DNA from: Nitriliruptorales bacterium
Lineage (GTDB): Bacteria > Actinomycetota > Nitriliruptoria > Nitriliruptorales > JAHWKO01
Reading direction: 5' to 3'
DNA: 64,000 bases
NCBI GenBank assembly: GCA_046263195.1
Contig: JBHELG010000039.1
Location: forward strand, 4,906 to 68,905
Shown: positions 18,211-27,037 of the stretch, one piece after another
Numbering within the stretch: the stretch's first letter is position 1
Layout: every line of letters starts with the position of its first letter
Notes under the pieces: model-generated
Databases searched by the model: none
Seen by the model: only the letters and a program-made list of their open reading frames with translations
What the model was told of the DNA's origin: nothing
Program-made: the position numbers and the translations under genes

Positions 18211-18834
18211 TCAGGGGATGGGTACCCCCCAGATGGGAAACCAGCGGGTGAGGTCCTGCTCGATCTGAAGCTCGCCCCCGAGCGCCCCACGAATGCGAAG
18301 CTCGAGCTCGTTGTCGCGCCGCTCACCTTCGCGCGGCACGAAGGGATAGAACGTCCCGCGCTTGTAGAGGTAGACGAGGTGGGCGACGCGCCCCGGATCT
18401 GTCCCGCCCGCGGTCTTGGCAAGGCCAGGACCGCTTTCGCGCCCCAGCTCGTCTGTGAATGCGAACACGGAAGCGAGCAGCTGGGGGCCGAAGCCCCGCT
18501 CCTCGAGGGTGGCGTTCACGAGGTGCACGGTCGTGACGAGATCTTCGAGGTCGGGGTCGCGCACGATGATCCAGTGATAGCCATAGGAGTCCTGGTCCTG
18601 GGCAAGCTCGGACCCGGACTCTTTCGCGCTCACCGTCAGGAGTTCGGCTATCTCTTGTCTGGTCTCCTCGAAGACCTGGCCCGAGGCGGGGCGAAAGCAG
18701 ACTCCGGCGGCGCCGGCCTGCCGCAGCCCGAGCTCCGCCTCGAGGCCGACCGCGGCGCTCGGCAGTGCGAACAGGGCGTCGAGGTTCGCCTGCTTGCGCT
18801 TCGTACGTCCGAGGAGGACGTCGAGGAACCTCAC
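18211..18834 (-). CDS. PspA-associated protein (PspAB-like), containing a short hairpin-repeat insertion
   Basis: ORF trimmed to GTG at 18834, which forms a GTGA overlap with the htpX stop. It sits downstream of htpX in a pspA-pspAA-htpX cluster. The family assignment is from memory of the conserved actinobacterial cluster. Confidence 0.6.
   Translation of the reverse strand: MRFLDVLLGRTKRKQANLDALFALPSAAVGLEAELGLRQAGAAGVCFRPASGQVFEETRQEIAELLTVSAKESGSELAQDQDSYGYHWIIVRDPDLEDLVTTVHLVNATLEERGFGPQLLASVFAFTDELGRESGPGLAKTAGGTDPGRVAHLVYLYKRGTFYPFVPREGERRDNELELRIRGALGGELQIEQDLTRWFPIWGVPIP
18396..18445. repeat. hairpin-repeat family A, short form, inside the pspAB-like CDS
   Basis: GATCTGTCCCGCCCGCGGTCTTGGCAAGGCCAGGACCGCTTTCGCGCCCC is near-identical in layout to the short copy at 30388-30438. 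It is translated as [15 protein letters not shown]. Confidence 0.65.
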
Positions 18835-19751
18835 CTCGGCCGCCCCAGCTGGCGCTCGAGGGCCGCGAGCTGCTCGAGTCGGCGTTCCAGGCTTGGGTGG
18901 CTCGAGAAAAGCGACGACAGGCTGAACCCCGCCGAGATGGCCGGGGCGAAGAAGAACGCATTGAGGGGTTCGGCGGCGCGCAGGTCCCGGGTCGGAATGG
19001 CTCCCATCTCTCCGGTGACCTTGACGAGGGCGGCTGCCAGCGTGGCGGGCGCCCCGGTCAGGATTGCCCCCGAGCGGTCCGCGGACAGCTCCCGGTAGCG
19101 CGACAGCGCTCGGGTCAACAGGAAGCTCACCGCGTAGACCACCGCGGAGACGAGCAGGATGACGAGGAAGGCGGCGGCGCCCGAGTCCTCGTCGTCGTCG
19201 CCCATCCCGAACCCGCCCCACATGCCCATGTGCAGGCCGAAGCGGGTGATGAGGCCGGCGAGCACGCCGAGGAAGCTCGCGATGGTCATGACGGCGACGT
19301 CACGATGGGCGACGTGAGCCAACTCGTGGGCCAGCACGGCCTCGAGTTCGGGCAGTTCGAGGCGGTGCATGATCCCCGTCGTGACACACACGACGGCCAC
19401 CCGGGGGTTGCGTCCCGTGGCGAAGGCGTTGGGAAGGTCGAGGTCGGCGACGGCGACCCGTGGCTTGGGCATGTCAGCGAGGGCGCAGAGGCGGTCGACG
19501 ACGCCGTGGAGCTCGGGGGCTTCTTCCGCGCTGACCTCGCGCGCCCCGAGGCTCGCGAGCGCGATGCGGTCGGAGAACCAATACTGGGCGAACAAGAATC
19601 CCGCGGCTATGAGCACGACGAAGATGGTTGGCAGCCCCACCGCGATGAGCACGCCCATGAAAGCCACATAGAGCAGGCCCAGCAGGAACATGGTCCAAAG
19701 CATGCGGGCCGCCAGGCCCGTGTCGTGGGGATAGCGCGTCCGCATGTTCAA
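18831..19751 (-). CDS. htpX: M48-family zinc protease HtpX
   Basis: HELAHVAHRD zinc motif and multiple TM segments. TTG start at 19751 with GGGAGGGA 5 nt upstream; an alternative ATG lies at 19745. Confidence 0.9.
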   Translation of the reverse strand: MNMRTRYPHDTGLAARMLWTMFLLGLLYVAFMGVLIAVGLPTIFVVLIAAGFLFAQYWFSDRIALASLGAREVSAEEAPELHGVVDRLCALADMPKPRVAVADLDLPNAFATGRNPRVAVVCVTTGIMHRLELPELEAVLAHELAHVAHRDVAVMTIASFLGVLAGLITRFGLHMGMWGGFGMGDDDEDSGAAAFLVILLVSAVVYAVSFLLTRALSRYRELSADRSGAILTGAPATLAAALVKVTGEMGAIPTRDLRAAEPLNAFFFAPAISAGFSLSSLFSSHPSLERRLEQLAALERQLGRPR

Positions 19752-19899
19752 CTAGGTCCCTCCCGCCTCTGTCGCGGTCTGGCATATTCCCGGCCCGCCG
19801 GGCCTTCGGCCCTTCCCCGCAGACCCAAGACCGCCACTACGACCTCTTCCCCGAATCGGTCCCTCCCGCCTCCGTCGTACCACTGAGGACGTCCCACCC
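19752..19899. repeat. intergenic hairpin-repeat cluster (family A long form with ACTACGACCTC tail, flanked by a 20-bp direct repeat)
   Basis: GTCGCGGTCTGGCATATTCCCGGCCCGCCGGGCCTTCGGCCCTTCCCCGCAGACCCAAGACCGCCACTACGACCTCTTCCCC. GGTCCCTCCCGCCTC(T/C)GTCG occurs at 19755-19774 and 19858-19877. Confidence 0.65.
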
Positions 19900-20178
19900 T
19901 CATCCCGGAATCAGCCCCTCCTCACCGAGCAGCTCCCGCACCTCGGCAAGCGTCGCGTCGCGGGGCGGCAGGACGAGATCGGAGGGCCCGAGGTGATCGG
20001 GGGGCAGCGGGCGGCCGACGTCGAGGATGCGGTCGTGAAGGGCCACGAGCGCCTGCCGGAAGGTGTCCTCATCGCCTGAACCCACCGCGGAGACGAGCTC
20101 GTCGTCAAGCTCGTTGAGATGGTCGAAGGCCTCCTCGGAGACCTCGAACTGTCCTTCCCCCATGATACGCAGAATCAT
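19900..20178 (-). CDS. PspA-associated protein PspAA-like (92 aa)
   Basis: MILRIMGEGQFEV...LNELDDEL...ATLAEVRELLGEEGLIPG matches my recollection of the small protein encoded next to actinobacterial pspA. 4-nt overlap with the pspA stop. Confidence 0.7.
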   Translation of the reverse strand: MILRIMGEGQFEVSEEAFDHLNELDDELVSAVGSGDEDTFRQALVALHDRILDVGRPLPPDHLGPSDLVLPPRDATLAEVRELLGEEGLIPG

Positions 20179-20921
20179 GCGGTTCCCCCTGGTGGCGCAT
20201 CGATTGCCGGTTGCGATGGAGCCGGACCCACCTCTGCTCTGATGCGCTCGAGCTCCGCGTCCACGCTGTCCGTGGCCGACAGCCGGTCGAGCTGCGCCTG
20301 GATGTCGTCGCCGGGCTGCGCGGTGACGTCCTCGAGGGCCCCTGAGGCCAGCAGCTCGTCCACCGCTCCTGCCCGTGCCTGGAGTTGGGCGGTCTTGTCC
20401 TCGGCACGTTCGATTGCCAGGCCCACATCCCCCATCTCCTCGGAGATGCCGGCCACCGCCTCTCCGATCTTGCTCTGCGCCTCGGCTGCGGTGTAGGTGG
20501 CCTTGATCGTCTCCTTGCGCGTCCGGAAGGCCTCCACCTTCGCCTGAAGCCGTTGGGAAGCCGTGGTGAGCTTCGCCTCCTCCTGAGCCAGCTGCTCGTG
20601 CTGTACCCGGAGGCTTTCCAGCTGGGTGGCGAGGCCCGCCCGACGGCTCAGCGCCTCGCGAGCCAGATCCTCCCGACCGGCGGCCACGGCCTGGCGCGCC
20701 TGCGTCTCGAGCTTGGCCGCCGCCGACTGCAGCTGGGTGGCCTGGAGCTCGATCCGCTTGCGGGAGGTGGCCACGTCCGCCAGCCCTCGGCGAACCTTCT
20801 GCAGCAGCTCGAGCTGACGCTGATAGCTGTAATCAAGCGTCTCACGCGGGTCCTCGGCCCGGTCGAGCAGCCTGCTCGCCTTGGCTTTGAAGACGTCCGA
20901 CATCCGTTGCATCAGTCCCAT
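20175..20921 (-). CDS. pspA: PspA/IM30 family protein
   Basis: Start set at ATG 20921 (GGAAAGGAG 6 nt upstream). Long coiled-coil protein with an N-terminus (MGLMQRMSDVFKAKASRLLDRAEDPRETLDYSYQ) typical of PspA. Confidence 0.88.
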   Translation of the reverse strand: MGLMQRMSDVFKAKASRLLDRAEDPRETLDYSYQRQLELLQKVRRGLADVATSRKRIELQATQLQSAAAKLETQARQAVAAGREDLAREALSRRAGLATQLESLRVQHEQLAQEEAKLTTASQRLQAKVEAFRTRKETIKATYTAAEAQSKIGEAVAGISEEMGDVGLAIERAEDKTAQLQARAGAVDELLASGALEDVTAQPGDDIQAQLDRLSATDSVDAELERIRAEVGPAPSQPAIDAPPGGTA

Positions 20922-20944
20922 GCTGGCTCCTTTCCTCGAGAGCA

Positions 20945-23407
20945 CTAGCCTCGCAGGCTTCCGCCGATCTCCCCGACGGCCTCAGCCACGGCCTGGATCA
21001 CCGCTTCAGCGTCGGCATCGGTCAGCTGACGGTCGAGCGCCTGCAACCGCAGATGGAAAGCCAGGCTACGTTTCCCAGTCCCCACCTGTGGTCCGCGGTA
21101 TTCGTCGAACCACCACAATCCGTCGAGCCGCTCACCTGCTCCTGTCCGGACGGCCTCCTCGACCATCGCGAACGGCACGTCCTCGTCGGCCACGACCGCA
21201 ACGTCGACGCCAACCGCCGGGTGGCGGGCCAGAAGCGGTGCCTGGGGGGCCGGCAGCGCACGGCGGGCCAGGTGCTGCCAGAGCGGCTCGAGCAGCAACT
21301 CGGCGACGACGGTCGACTCGGGAAGGTTACGCGCGGACGCTTCGGCCGGGTGGAGTTGGCCGACGATACCCACTTCCGACCCCTGCCAGTACAGCGCCGC
21401 CGTTCGACCGGGGTGAAGAGCGGGATGATCGGCCCGCACCCGTGCCAGGCCGCTTGTCTCGCCGGGGGTCAGCCGGGCAACTACCTCGTCGAGGGCAGCA
21501 AGCAGATCGAAGATGCTCCACTTCGCGTCGCGATCGAGCCACCCATGCCCGTGCTGGGCGCCGCAGGCGAGCAGGCCAAGGGCGAGCGGCTGGGTCGGCA
21601 AGGTCTCCCCATTCGGACCCGTCCAGCGCCAGTTACCCGTCCGTCCGACGACCTCGTCCAAGGGGCCGCCGGGGACCCGGAAGATGCGACCGAGCTCGAA
21701 GACCGCCAGCCCCGACCGGCCTTGACCCACGTTGTGACGGGCCACTCCGAGCAGGCCCTCGACCAGGCCGGGCCGCATGCTCGCGACGTCCTTCGCCACC
21801 GGGTTCTGCAGCCTCACCCGGTGGGTGTCTCGAGGGGCGAGGAGACAGAGAGCGTTCAAAGCGACGAAGGGAAGGGTCTGAGACTCGTGAAAGCCGGCGG
21901 CGAGCACGGCTCTGCGAACATCGCGCTCGGCGCGCTGCCTGCTGTTGAGTCCTCCCTCGAGGGGGATCGACGGCAGGTTGGCGGGGATCTTCTCGTAGCC
22001 GTAGAGGCGAGCGATTTCCTCGGCCAGATCCGCCCCGCGTTGCAGGTCTGCACGCCAGGTCGGCGGAGTGGCTTCGAGCAGTCCGGCAGCCAGTGACTTG
22101 ACCTCCACCCCCGCACGTTGCAGCAGCGCGACCTGATCCTCGTCATCCAGCTCGGGCAGACCCAGGAAGCGGGCGGTGCGGGAGGTATCGAGGCGGATCG
22201 GGCGTGGACCCGGCTCTCCCGGCCCGTCGACGCGGACGCCGAGATCGGACCCGGTAGCGAGGTCAAGGAGCAGGTCGACCGCCCTCGCGGCCGCCCGCCA
22301 CGTGCCAGCAGCGTCAACTCGTCGTTCGAAGCGCAGACTGGACTCCGAGACGAGCCCGAGACGACGCGAGGTCTTCCGCACCGCACCAGGCTCGAACGCT
22401 GCAGCCTCGAGCAGGATCCGCGTCGTCGCTTCCCCGACCTCGGTGTCGCCGCCCCCCATGACGCCAGCGAGAGCCACGGCACGATCCTGATCGGCGATGA
22501 CGAGATCCTCGGGCTGAAGCACGCGGACACGGCCGTCGAGTGTCAGGAGGTTCTCCCCCGGCCGGCCCCAGCGCACCCGGATCCCGGGGCCGTACAGGGT
22601 GTCGAGGTCGAAGGCATGCAGCGGTTGACCGAGTTCGAGCATGACGTAGTTGGTCACGTCGACGAGGTTGAACAGCGATCGGACACCACACACTTCGAGC
22701 CGCCGGCGCAGCCACCAGGGCGACGTCGCCTGCTTCAGGTCCCCGACCACCCAGCCCACGTAGGTACTGCACCCTTCCACCGCTTCCACGTGGACGGGGA
22801 CCGGCCCATCGCCGGGAGTCCGCCCGGCCCCACGGCTGCTCGGCTCGTGGACCTCGATTCCGAGGATGGCGGCGAGGTCCCGGGCGATTCCGAACACCGA
22901 GTGGAGATCACCTCGGTCGGCCGGTACCGCAACGTCGACGACCGGCTCCCCGAGTGGAAGGACCTCGTGGATATCGCTGCCCGGCTCGGGTCCATCGTGC
23001 AACACCATGATGCCGCTGTGATCGTCCGCAACCTCGAGCTCGCGAGCGGAGCAGAGCATGCCGTCGCTCATCACTCCCCGTACCTCGCGCCGCTCGATGC
23101 GGCTGCCTCCGGGCAGGCTTGCGCCCGGCAAGGCGAGCGGGACGAGGTCGCCAGCCGCGAAGTTCCGCACACCGGCGCAGACGGTTCGCTCGTGCTCACC
23201 GTCGTCCACGTTCGCGACGACGAGCCTGTCGGCGTGAGGATGTTCGGAGACCTCCAGCACCCGTGCCACCCGTAGGCCCTCAACACCGGCACCCGGCGTC
23301 CGCACATCATCCACCTCGAGCCCGTTGCGTCCCATCACCTCGAGGAGTTCGTCGAGCGGCAGGTCGAGGTCGACGAACTCTGCCAGCCACGACAGCGGAA
23401 CCTTCAC
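20945..23407 (-). CDS. pheT: phenylalanine--tRNA ligase beta subunit
   Basis: VKVPLSWLAEFVDL N-terminus. The start is uncertain: GTG at 23407, or upstream GTG 23413 or ATG 23485. Lies downstream of pheS. Confidence 0.9.
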   Translation of the reverse strand: MKVPLSWLAEFVDLDLPLDELLEVMGRNGLEVDDVRTPGAGVEGLRVARVLEVSEHPHADRLVVANVDDGEHERTVCAGVRNFAAGDLVPLALPGASLPGGSRIERREVRGVMSDGMLCSARELEVADDHSGIMVLHDGPEPGSDIHEVLPLGEPVVDVAVPADRGDLHSVFGIARDLAAILGIEVHEPSSRGAGRTPGDGPVPVHVEAVEGCSTYVGWVVGDLKQATSPWWLRRRLEVCGVRSLFNLVDVTNYVMLELGQPLHAFDLDTLYGPGIRVRWGRPGENLLTLDGRVRVLQPEDLVIADQDRAVALAGVMGGGDTEVGEATTRILLEAAAFEPGAVRKTSRRLGLVSESSLRFERRVDAAGTWRAAARAVDLLLDLATGSDLGVRVDGPGEPGPRPIRLDTSRTARFLGLPELDDEDQVALLQRAGVEVKSLAAGLLEATPPTWRADLQRGADLAEEIARLYGYEKIPANLPSIPLEGGLNSRQRAERDVRRAVLAAGFHESQTLPFVALNALCLLAPRDTHRVRLQNPVAKDVASMRPGLVEGLLGVARHNVGQGRSGLAVFELGRIFRVPGGPLDEVVGRTGNWRWTGPNGETLPTQPLALGLLACGAQHGHGWLDRDAKWSIFDLLAALDEVVARLTPGETSGLARVRADHPALHPGRTAALYWQGSEVGIVGQLHPAEASARNLPESTVVAELLLEPLWQHLARRALPAPQAPLLARHPAVGVDVAVVADEDVPFAMVEEAVRTGAGERLDGLWWFDEYRGPQVGTGKRSLAFHLRLQALDRQLTDADAEAVIQAVAEAVGEIGGSLRG

Positions 23408-23509
23408 GGACACCGCCCTTTCACTGCTACTCCCAACCCGCCCGGTGAGCTCCGGTGACCAGAGCCGCCCCGCCCCGCCGTTCACGACGACCGCTCAGGC
23501 CCCGGACTC

Positions 23510-24556
23510 TCAGAAGGCTTCGAGAAAGCGGACATCGTTCTCGTAGAACTCGCGGATGTCGCGGACGCCGTGGCGGAGCATGGCAACCCTTTCGATCCCG
23601 ACGCCGAATGCGAACCCGGACACTTCCTCGGGGTCGAGCCCACAGGCGACCAGCACGTTCGGATCGACCATGCCCGCTCCGAGGATCTCGATCCAGCCGG
23701 TTCCCGAGCAGACCCGGCAGGCTGACTCGTCACCCGTACAGAACGGGCACGAGACGTCAACCTCGGCCGAGGGCTCGGTGAAGGGAAAGAACGAGGGCCG
23801 CAGGCGCACCTCCCGCTCTGGACCGAAAAAGGCACGAGCGAAGGCCTGGAGCGTACCCCGCAGGTCCGCCATCGTGAGACCGGCGGCAACCGCGAGACCC
23901 TCCACCTGTTGGAACACCGGTGAATGGGTCGCGTCGGGCGCGTCGTTGCGGTAGACGCGGCCCGGGACGACGACCGCGACGGGAAGTGGCTGGCTGAGCA
24001 GGACACGCACCTGCACGGGTGAGGTGTGCGTGCGGAGCAGCACCCCCTCGTCGTAGTCGACGTAGATGGTGTCCATCTCCTGCCGGGCCGGGTGCTCGAG
24101 GGGGATGTTGAGCAGATCGAAGTTGTAGATGGCCGATTCGACCTCGGGACCTTCGGCCACTCGGTAGCCGAGTCCGATGAACGCGTCCACGATGTCGTGC
24201 TCGACCTGCGTGAGCAGGTGGGGGCGGCCTGGGCGCAGGTGGCGCGGCGGGAGGGTGACGTCGACCCGCTCGGCTTCGAGGCGACGACTGAGCTCGGCGT
24301 CGGCGAGTTCGGTGCGACGGGCCTCGTAGCGTGCTTCGAACGCTTCCTTCAGGGCGTTGATGCGGGCGCCTAGTTCGCGCCGGCTCGTGGGGTCGAGCCC
24401 GCCGAGCTGGCGCTGGAGAGCAGCCACAGGGCTCTTGCGCCCCGCGAAGGCGACCCTGACGCGTTCGAGCTCCTCGAGGTCCGCCGCCTGCTCCAGACCC
24501 TGGAGTGCTTCGATGGCGAGCGCGTCGACGTCCGACGGGCTGGGAAGAACCGCCAC
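23510..24556 (-). CDS. pheS: phenylalanine--tRNA ligase alpha subunit
   Basis: Class II aaRS motifs including FFPFTEPSAEVDV and GAGMVDPNVL. Confidence 0.93.
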   Translation of the reverse strand: MAVLPSPSDVDALAIEALQGLEQAADLEELERVRVAFAGRKSPVAALQRQLGGLDPTSRRELGARINALKEAFEARYEARRTELADAELSRRLEAERVDVTLPPRHLRPGRPHLLTQVEHDIVDAFIGLGYRVAEGPEVESAIYNFDLLNIPLEHPARQEMDTIYVDYDEGVLLRTHTSPVQVRVLLSQPLPVAVVVPGRVYRNDAPDATHSPVFQQVEGLAVAAGLTMADLRGTLQAFARAFFGPEREVRLRPSFFPFTEPSAEVDVSCPFCTGDESACRVCSGTGWIEILGAGMVDPNVLVACGLDPEEVSGFAFGVGIERVAMLRHGVRDIREFYENDVRFLEAF

Positions 24557-24563
24557 CTCGTGC

Positions 24564-25478
24564 CTATCTGACCGGATAACGGAGGGTACCGGCTGGTCCA
24601 GGAGAGGTTGGGGGTGGGCCTGTTCGCGCGGCTCGCGCAGCGGCGTAGGCGGCGACGGCCACGGCGGCGCCCAAGTTCAAGGACTCGATGGGACCGTAAC
24701 GGGGGATCGAGACCGCCTCGACCGTGCCGACGACCGACTGTGGTAGGCCGTGGGCCTCGTTGCCGAACAGCAACGCGACCGGAGGTTGGAGGATCCCCGA
24801 GACTTCGATACTGCCGGTGGCAGAGGGGTCGAGCGCCAGGAACCGCTGACCGACTGAGCGGCAGGCGGCAAGCAGCTGGTCCACCTCGACGTCGACGACG
24901 AGAGGCAGGCGGGCAACGCTACCCGCGGAGGAACGAACCGCCTTCGGATTCCAGGGGTCGACCGAACCGGAGGTGAGTACGACGCCTGAGGCTCCCGCCG
25001 CAGTCGCAGTCCGGATTGCGCTGCCGACATTGCCGGGATCGGCGGCCCCGCACAGGACGATGAGGAAACCGCCCCCGACAACATCGGCGAGCTGACCTCG
25101 TCGTTGGCGGGCTACGGCGACGACCCCTTGGGGACTGACGCTGTCGGCCAGTCGGCGCAGGACTGGCGCCTCGACGAGCGTCAGGCGGGCAGCGGCCCGC
25201 TCGACGGCGTCCGTCAGATCAGCGGCGAAATGAGGCAGCGCGAAGACTTCTTCGACGTCGCCGGTGGACAGAAGCTCGGAGACGAAGCGAGGCCCCTCGA
25301 CGAGGTAGCGGCCTTCGGCGTCACGGGCACGGCGGCTCGCCAAGGATGCGGCGGCCTTTACCCGTGGGTTTCGCGGTGAACGAACGACTGGTTGGTCCAG
25401 CAGCTCAGGTCCGCTCTGCGCCACCGCTGGCGTCCGGACCGGTCGTGACCGTGGCATCGTTCGCCTCACCGAGAGCAC
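24564..25478 (-). CDS. TrmH/SpoU-family RNA 2'-O-methyltransferase
   Basis: NPRVK N-terminal motif plus [10 protein letters not shown] and [21 protein letters not shown]. The start is uncertain, because the annotated ORF start overlaps the rplT 3' end by 74 nt. Confidence 0.75.
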   Translation of the reverse strand: MLSVRRTMPRSRPVRTPAVAQSGPELLDQPVVRSPRNPRVKAAASLASRRARDAEGRYLVEGPRFVSELLSTGDVEEVFALPHFAADLTDAVERAAARLTLVEAPVLRRLADSVSPQGVVAVARQRRGQLADVVGGGFLIVLCGAADPGNVGSAIRTATAAGASGVVLTSGSVDPWNPKAVRSSAGSVARLPLVVDVEVDQLLAACRSVGQRFLALDPSATGSIEVSGILQPPVALLFGNEAHGLPQSVVGTVEAVSIPRYGPIESLNLGAAVAVAAYAAARAARTGPPPTSPGPAGTLRYPVR

Positions 25479-25821
25479 GCTTGGCCACCCCGACGAGCTG
25501 ACCGAACGCGGCCGCGTCGCGCACGGCGAGATCGGCGAGCATCTTGCGGTCGACTTCCACCTCGGCGATCTTCAACCCGTGCATGAACCGGCCGTAACTC
25601 AGCCCCTCCTGACGGGTGGCGGCGTTGATGCGGGTGATCCAGAGCCTGCGCAGGTCCCCTTTGCGCTTGCGACGGTCGCGATAGGCGTACCGCTCCGCGT
25701 GCATGACCGCTTCCTTGGCAGCCTTGTAATGGCGGCTGCGAGCGCCCCGGAAGCCCTTCGCACGCTCGAGGATCTCCCGGTGCTTCTTCTTCGCGTGAAC
25801 TCCGCGCTTCACGCGGGCCAT
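25405..25821 (-). CDS. rplT: 50S ribosomal protein L20
   Basis: [26 protein letters not shown]...; has a C-terminal extension of about 20 aa. Confidence 0.93.
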   Translation of the reverse strand: MARVKRGVHAKKKHREILERAKGFRGARSRHYKAAKEAVMHAERYAYRDRRKRKGDLRRLWITRINAATRQEGLSYGRFMHGLKIAEVEVDRKMLADLAVRDAAAFGQLVGVAKRALGEANDATVTTGPDASGGAERT

Positions 25822-25834
25822 TGATCGGCTCCTC

Positions 25835-26026
25835 TCACAGGTTCAGCAGCTTCCTGGCAAGCTTGGAGGCGGGCTTGCCGAGCTCGTCGAGTCCGGCCAG
25901 GCGACGCTTGCGTCGCGAGCTCTTCTTCTCGAGTAGATGTGAGCGGTTGCGCTGCTTCGACAAGACCTTGCCGGTCCGGGTGACTCTGAAGCGCTTCTTC
26001 GCGCCACTGTGCGTCTTCTGTTTCAT
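25835..26026 (-). CDS. rpmI: 50S ribosomal protein L35
   Basis: [21 protein letters not shown]... Confidence 0.93.
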   Translation of the reverse strand: MKQKTHSGAKKRFRVTRTGKVLSKQRNRSHLLEKKSSRRKRRLAGLDELGKPASKLARKLLNL

Positions 26027-26094
26027 GCTCGCCTACCTGCCGCTTCTCGCGCCCTGGTCTTCGGCCACGGCTCCGGATGGCTCCTGCGGAGCAC

Positions 26095-26667
26095 TCAGGC
26101 CTCGGCGACTTCCCGGGCCGGAGCGCTCTCGGAGACTTCTCGGTCCCGCCTTGGGCGGTCCCTACGGGGGGACAGGACCATCACCATGTTGCGGCCGTCC
26201 ACGGTGGGACTCGCCTCCACGGTGGCAAGCTCGTTGACGTCCTCTGCGAGGCGGTCCAACAGCCGCTTGCCGATCTCGGGGTGAGTCACCTCGCGTCCGC
26301 GGAACATGATCGTGGCACGAACCTTCGCTCCGTCACGCAGGAAGCGCTCCACATGCCCGGCTTTCGTCTGGTAGTCGTTCTCCGAGATCTTCGGCCGCAT
26401 CTTGATCTCTTTGACGACGATCTGACTCTGCCGGCGACGGGCCTCTTTCTGCTTCTGCGCCTCCTGGTACTTGTGCTTGCCGTAGTCCATGACCCGGCAC
26501 ACCGACGGGTTGGCTTGCGAAGCCACCTCGACGAGGTCGAGGTCCCGCTCTCGCGCGTACCGCAGGGCCTCCGCCAGCGGCACGATGCCGATCTGCTCTC
26601 CGTCCTCTGCGATGAGACGGACCTCGCGCTCGTGGATCTGATCATTGATCCGCGGCTCGTCGTTGAT
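26095..26667 (-). CDS. infC: translation initiation factor IF-3 with a non-canonical ATC start
   Basis: The ORF-track entry starts at an internal GTG. The reading frame continues upstream as INDEPRINDQIHEREVRLIAEDGEQIGIV, the conserved IF-3 N-terminus. ATC at 26667-26665 lies 6 nt after AGGAGGG. Confidence 0.88.
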   Translation of the reverse strand: MNDEPRINDQIHEREVRLIAEDGEQIGIVPLAEALRYARERDLDLVEVASQANPSVCRVMDYGKHKYQEAQKQKEARRRQSQIVVKEIKMRPKISENDYQTKAGHVERFLRDGAKVRATIMFRGREVTHPEIGKRLLDRLAEDVNELATVEASPTVDGRNMVMVLSPRRDRPRRDREVSESAPAREVAEA

Positions 26668-26794
26668 GCTGCGCCCTCCTGTGGCTGGTTGGTAAGAATA
26701 AGACGAGCCGCCGCGAGGCGAGCGGCGGCCTCCCCTTCGTTCCCGCGCTTCGAGGCTACCAGCAGGGCGAGGTGGCTGGCGAGTGACTCGACCT

Positions 26795-26989
26795 CAATCG
26801 TCCCACCGGCGGTCTTTTCAGGCCCCAGGCCGCGACTACGACCTCTCCCCCAGAACCTGGCGTCCCGCCTCCGTCGCCGTCTGGACAAGTCTTGTCGCGG
26901 TCTGTCAGGCCCAAGCCCGCGACTACGACCTCTCCCCCAGAATCATGCCTTCCGGCCTCCGTGGCCGTCTTGGACACGTCTTGCCACGG
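26795..26989. repeat. intergenic cluster of hairpin repeats (2-3 units with CCNAGNCCGCGACTACGACCTCTCCCCCAGAA tails)
   Basis: AATCGTCCCACCGGCGGTCTTTTCAGGCCCCAGGCCGCGACTACGACCTCTCCCCCAGAA, then ...GTCCCGCCTCCGTCGCCGTCTGGACAAGTCTTGTCGCGGTCTGTCAGGCCCAAGCCCGCGACTACGACCTCTCCCCCAGAATC, then ...CCGTCTTGGACACGTCTTGCCACGG. Confidence 0.65.
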
Positions 26990-27037
26990 TTTTGCTGTGC
27001 GGGGACACGCTCCTGCTCCGAGACCGCCCTCCCACCC

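Noticed and set aside
26795-26989. Possible CRISPR array (also considered for 42692-42795 and 48683-48735)
   Set aside because: There are only 2-3 imperfect units with irregular spacing and no spacer-like unique segments of constant length, and no cas genes. The units belong to a dispersed hairpin-repeat family instead.
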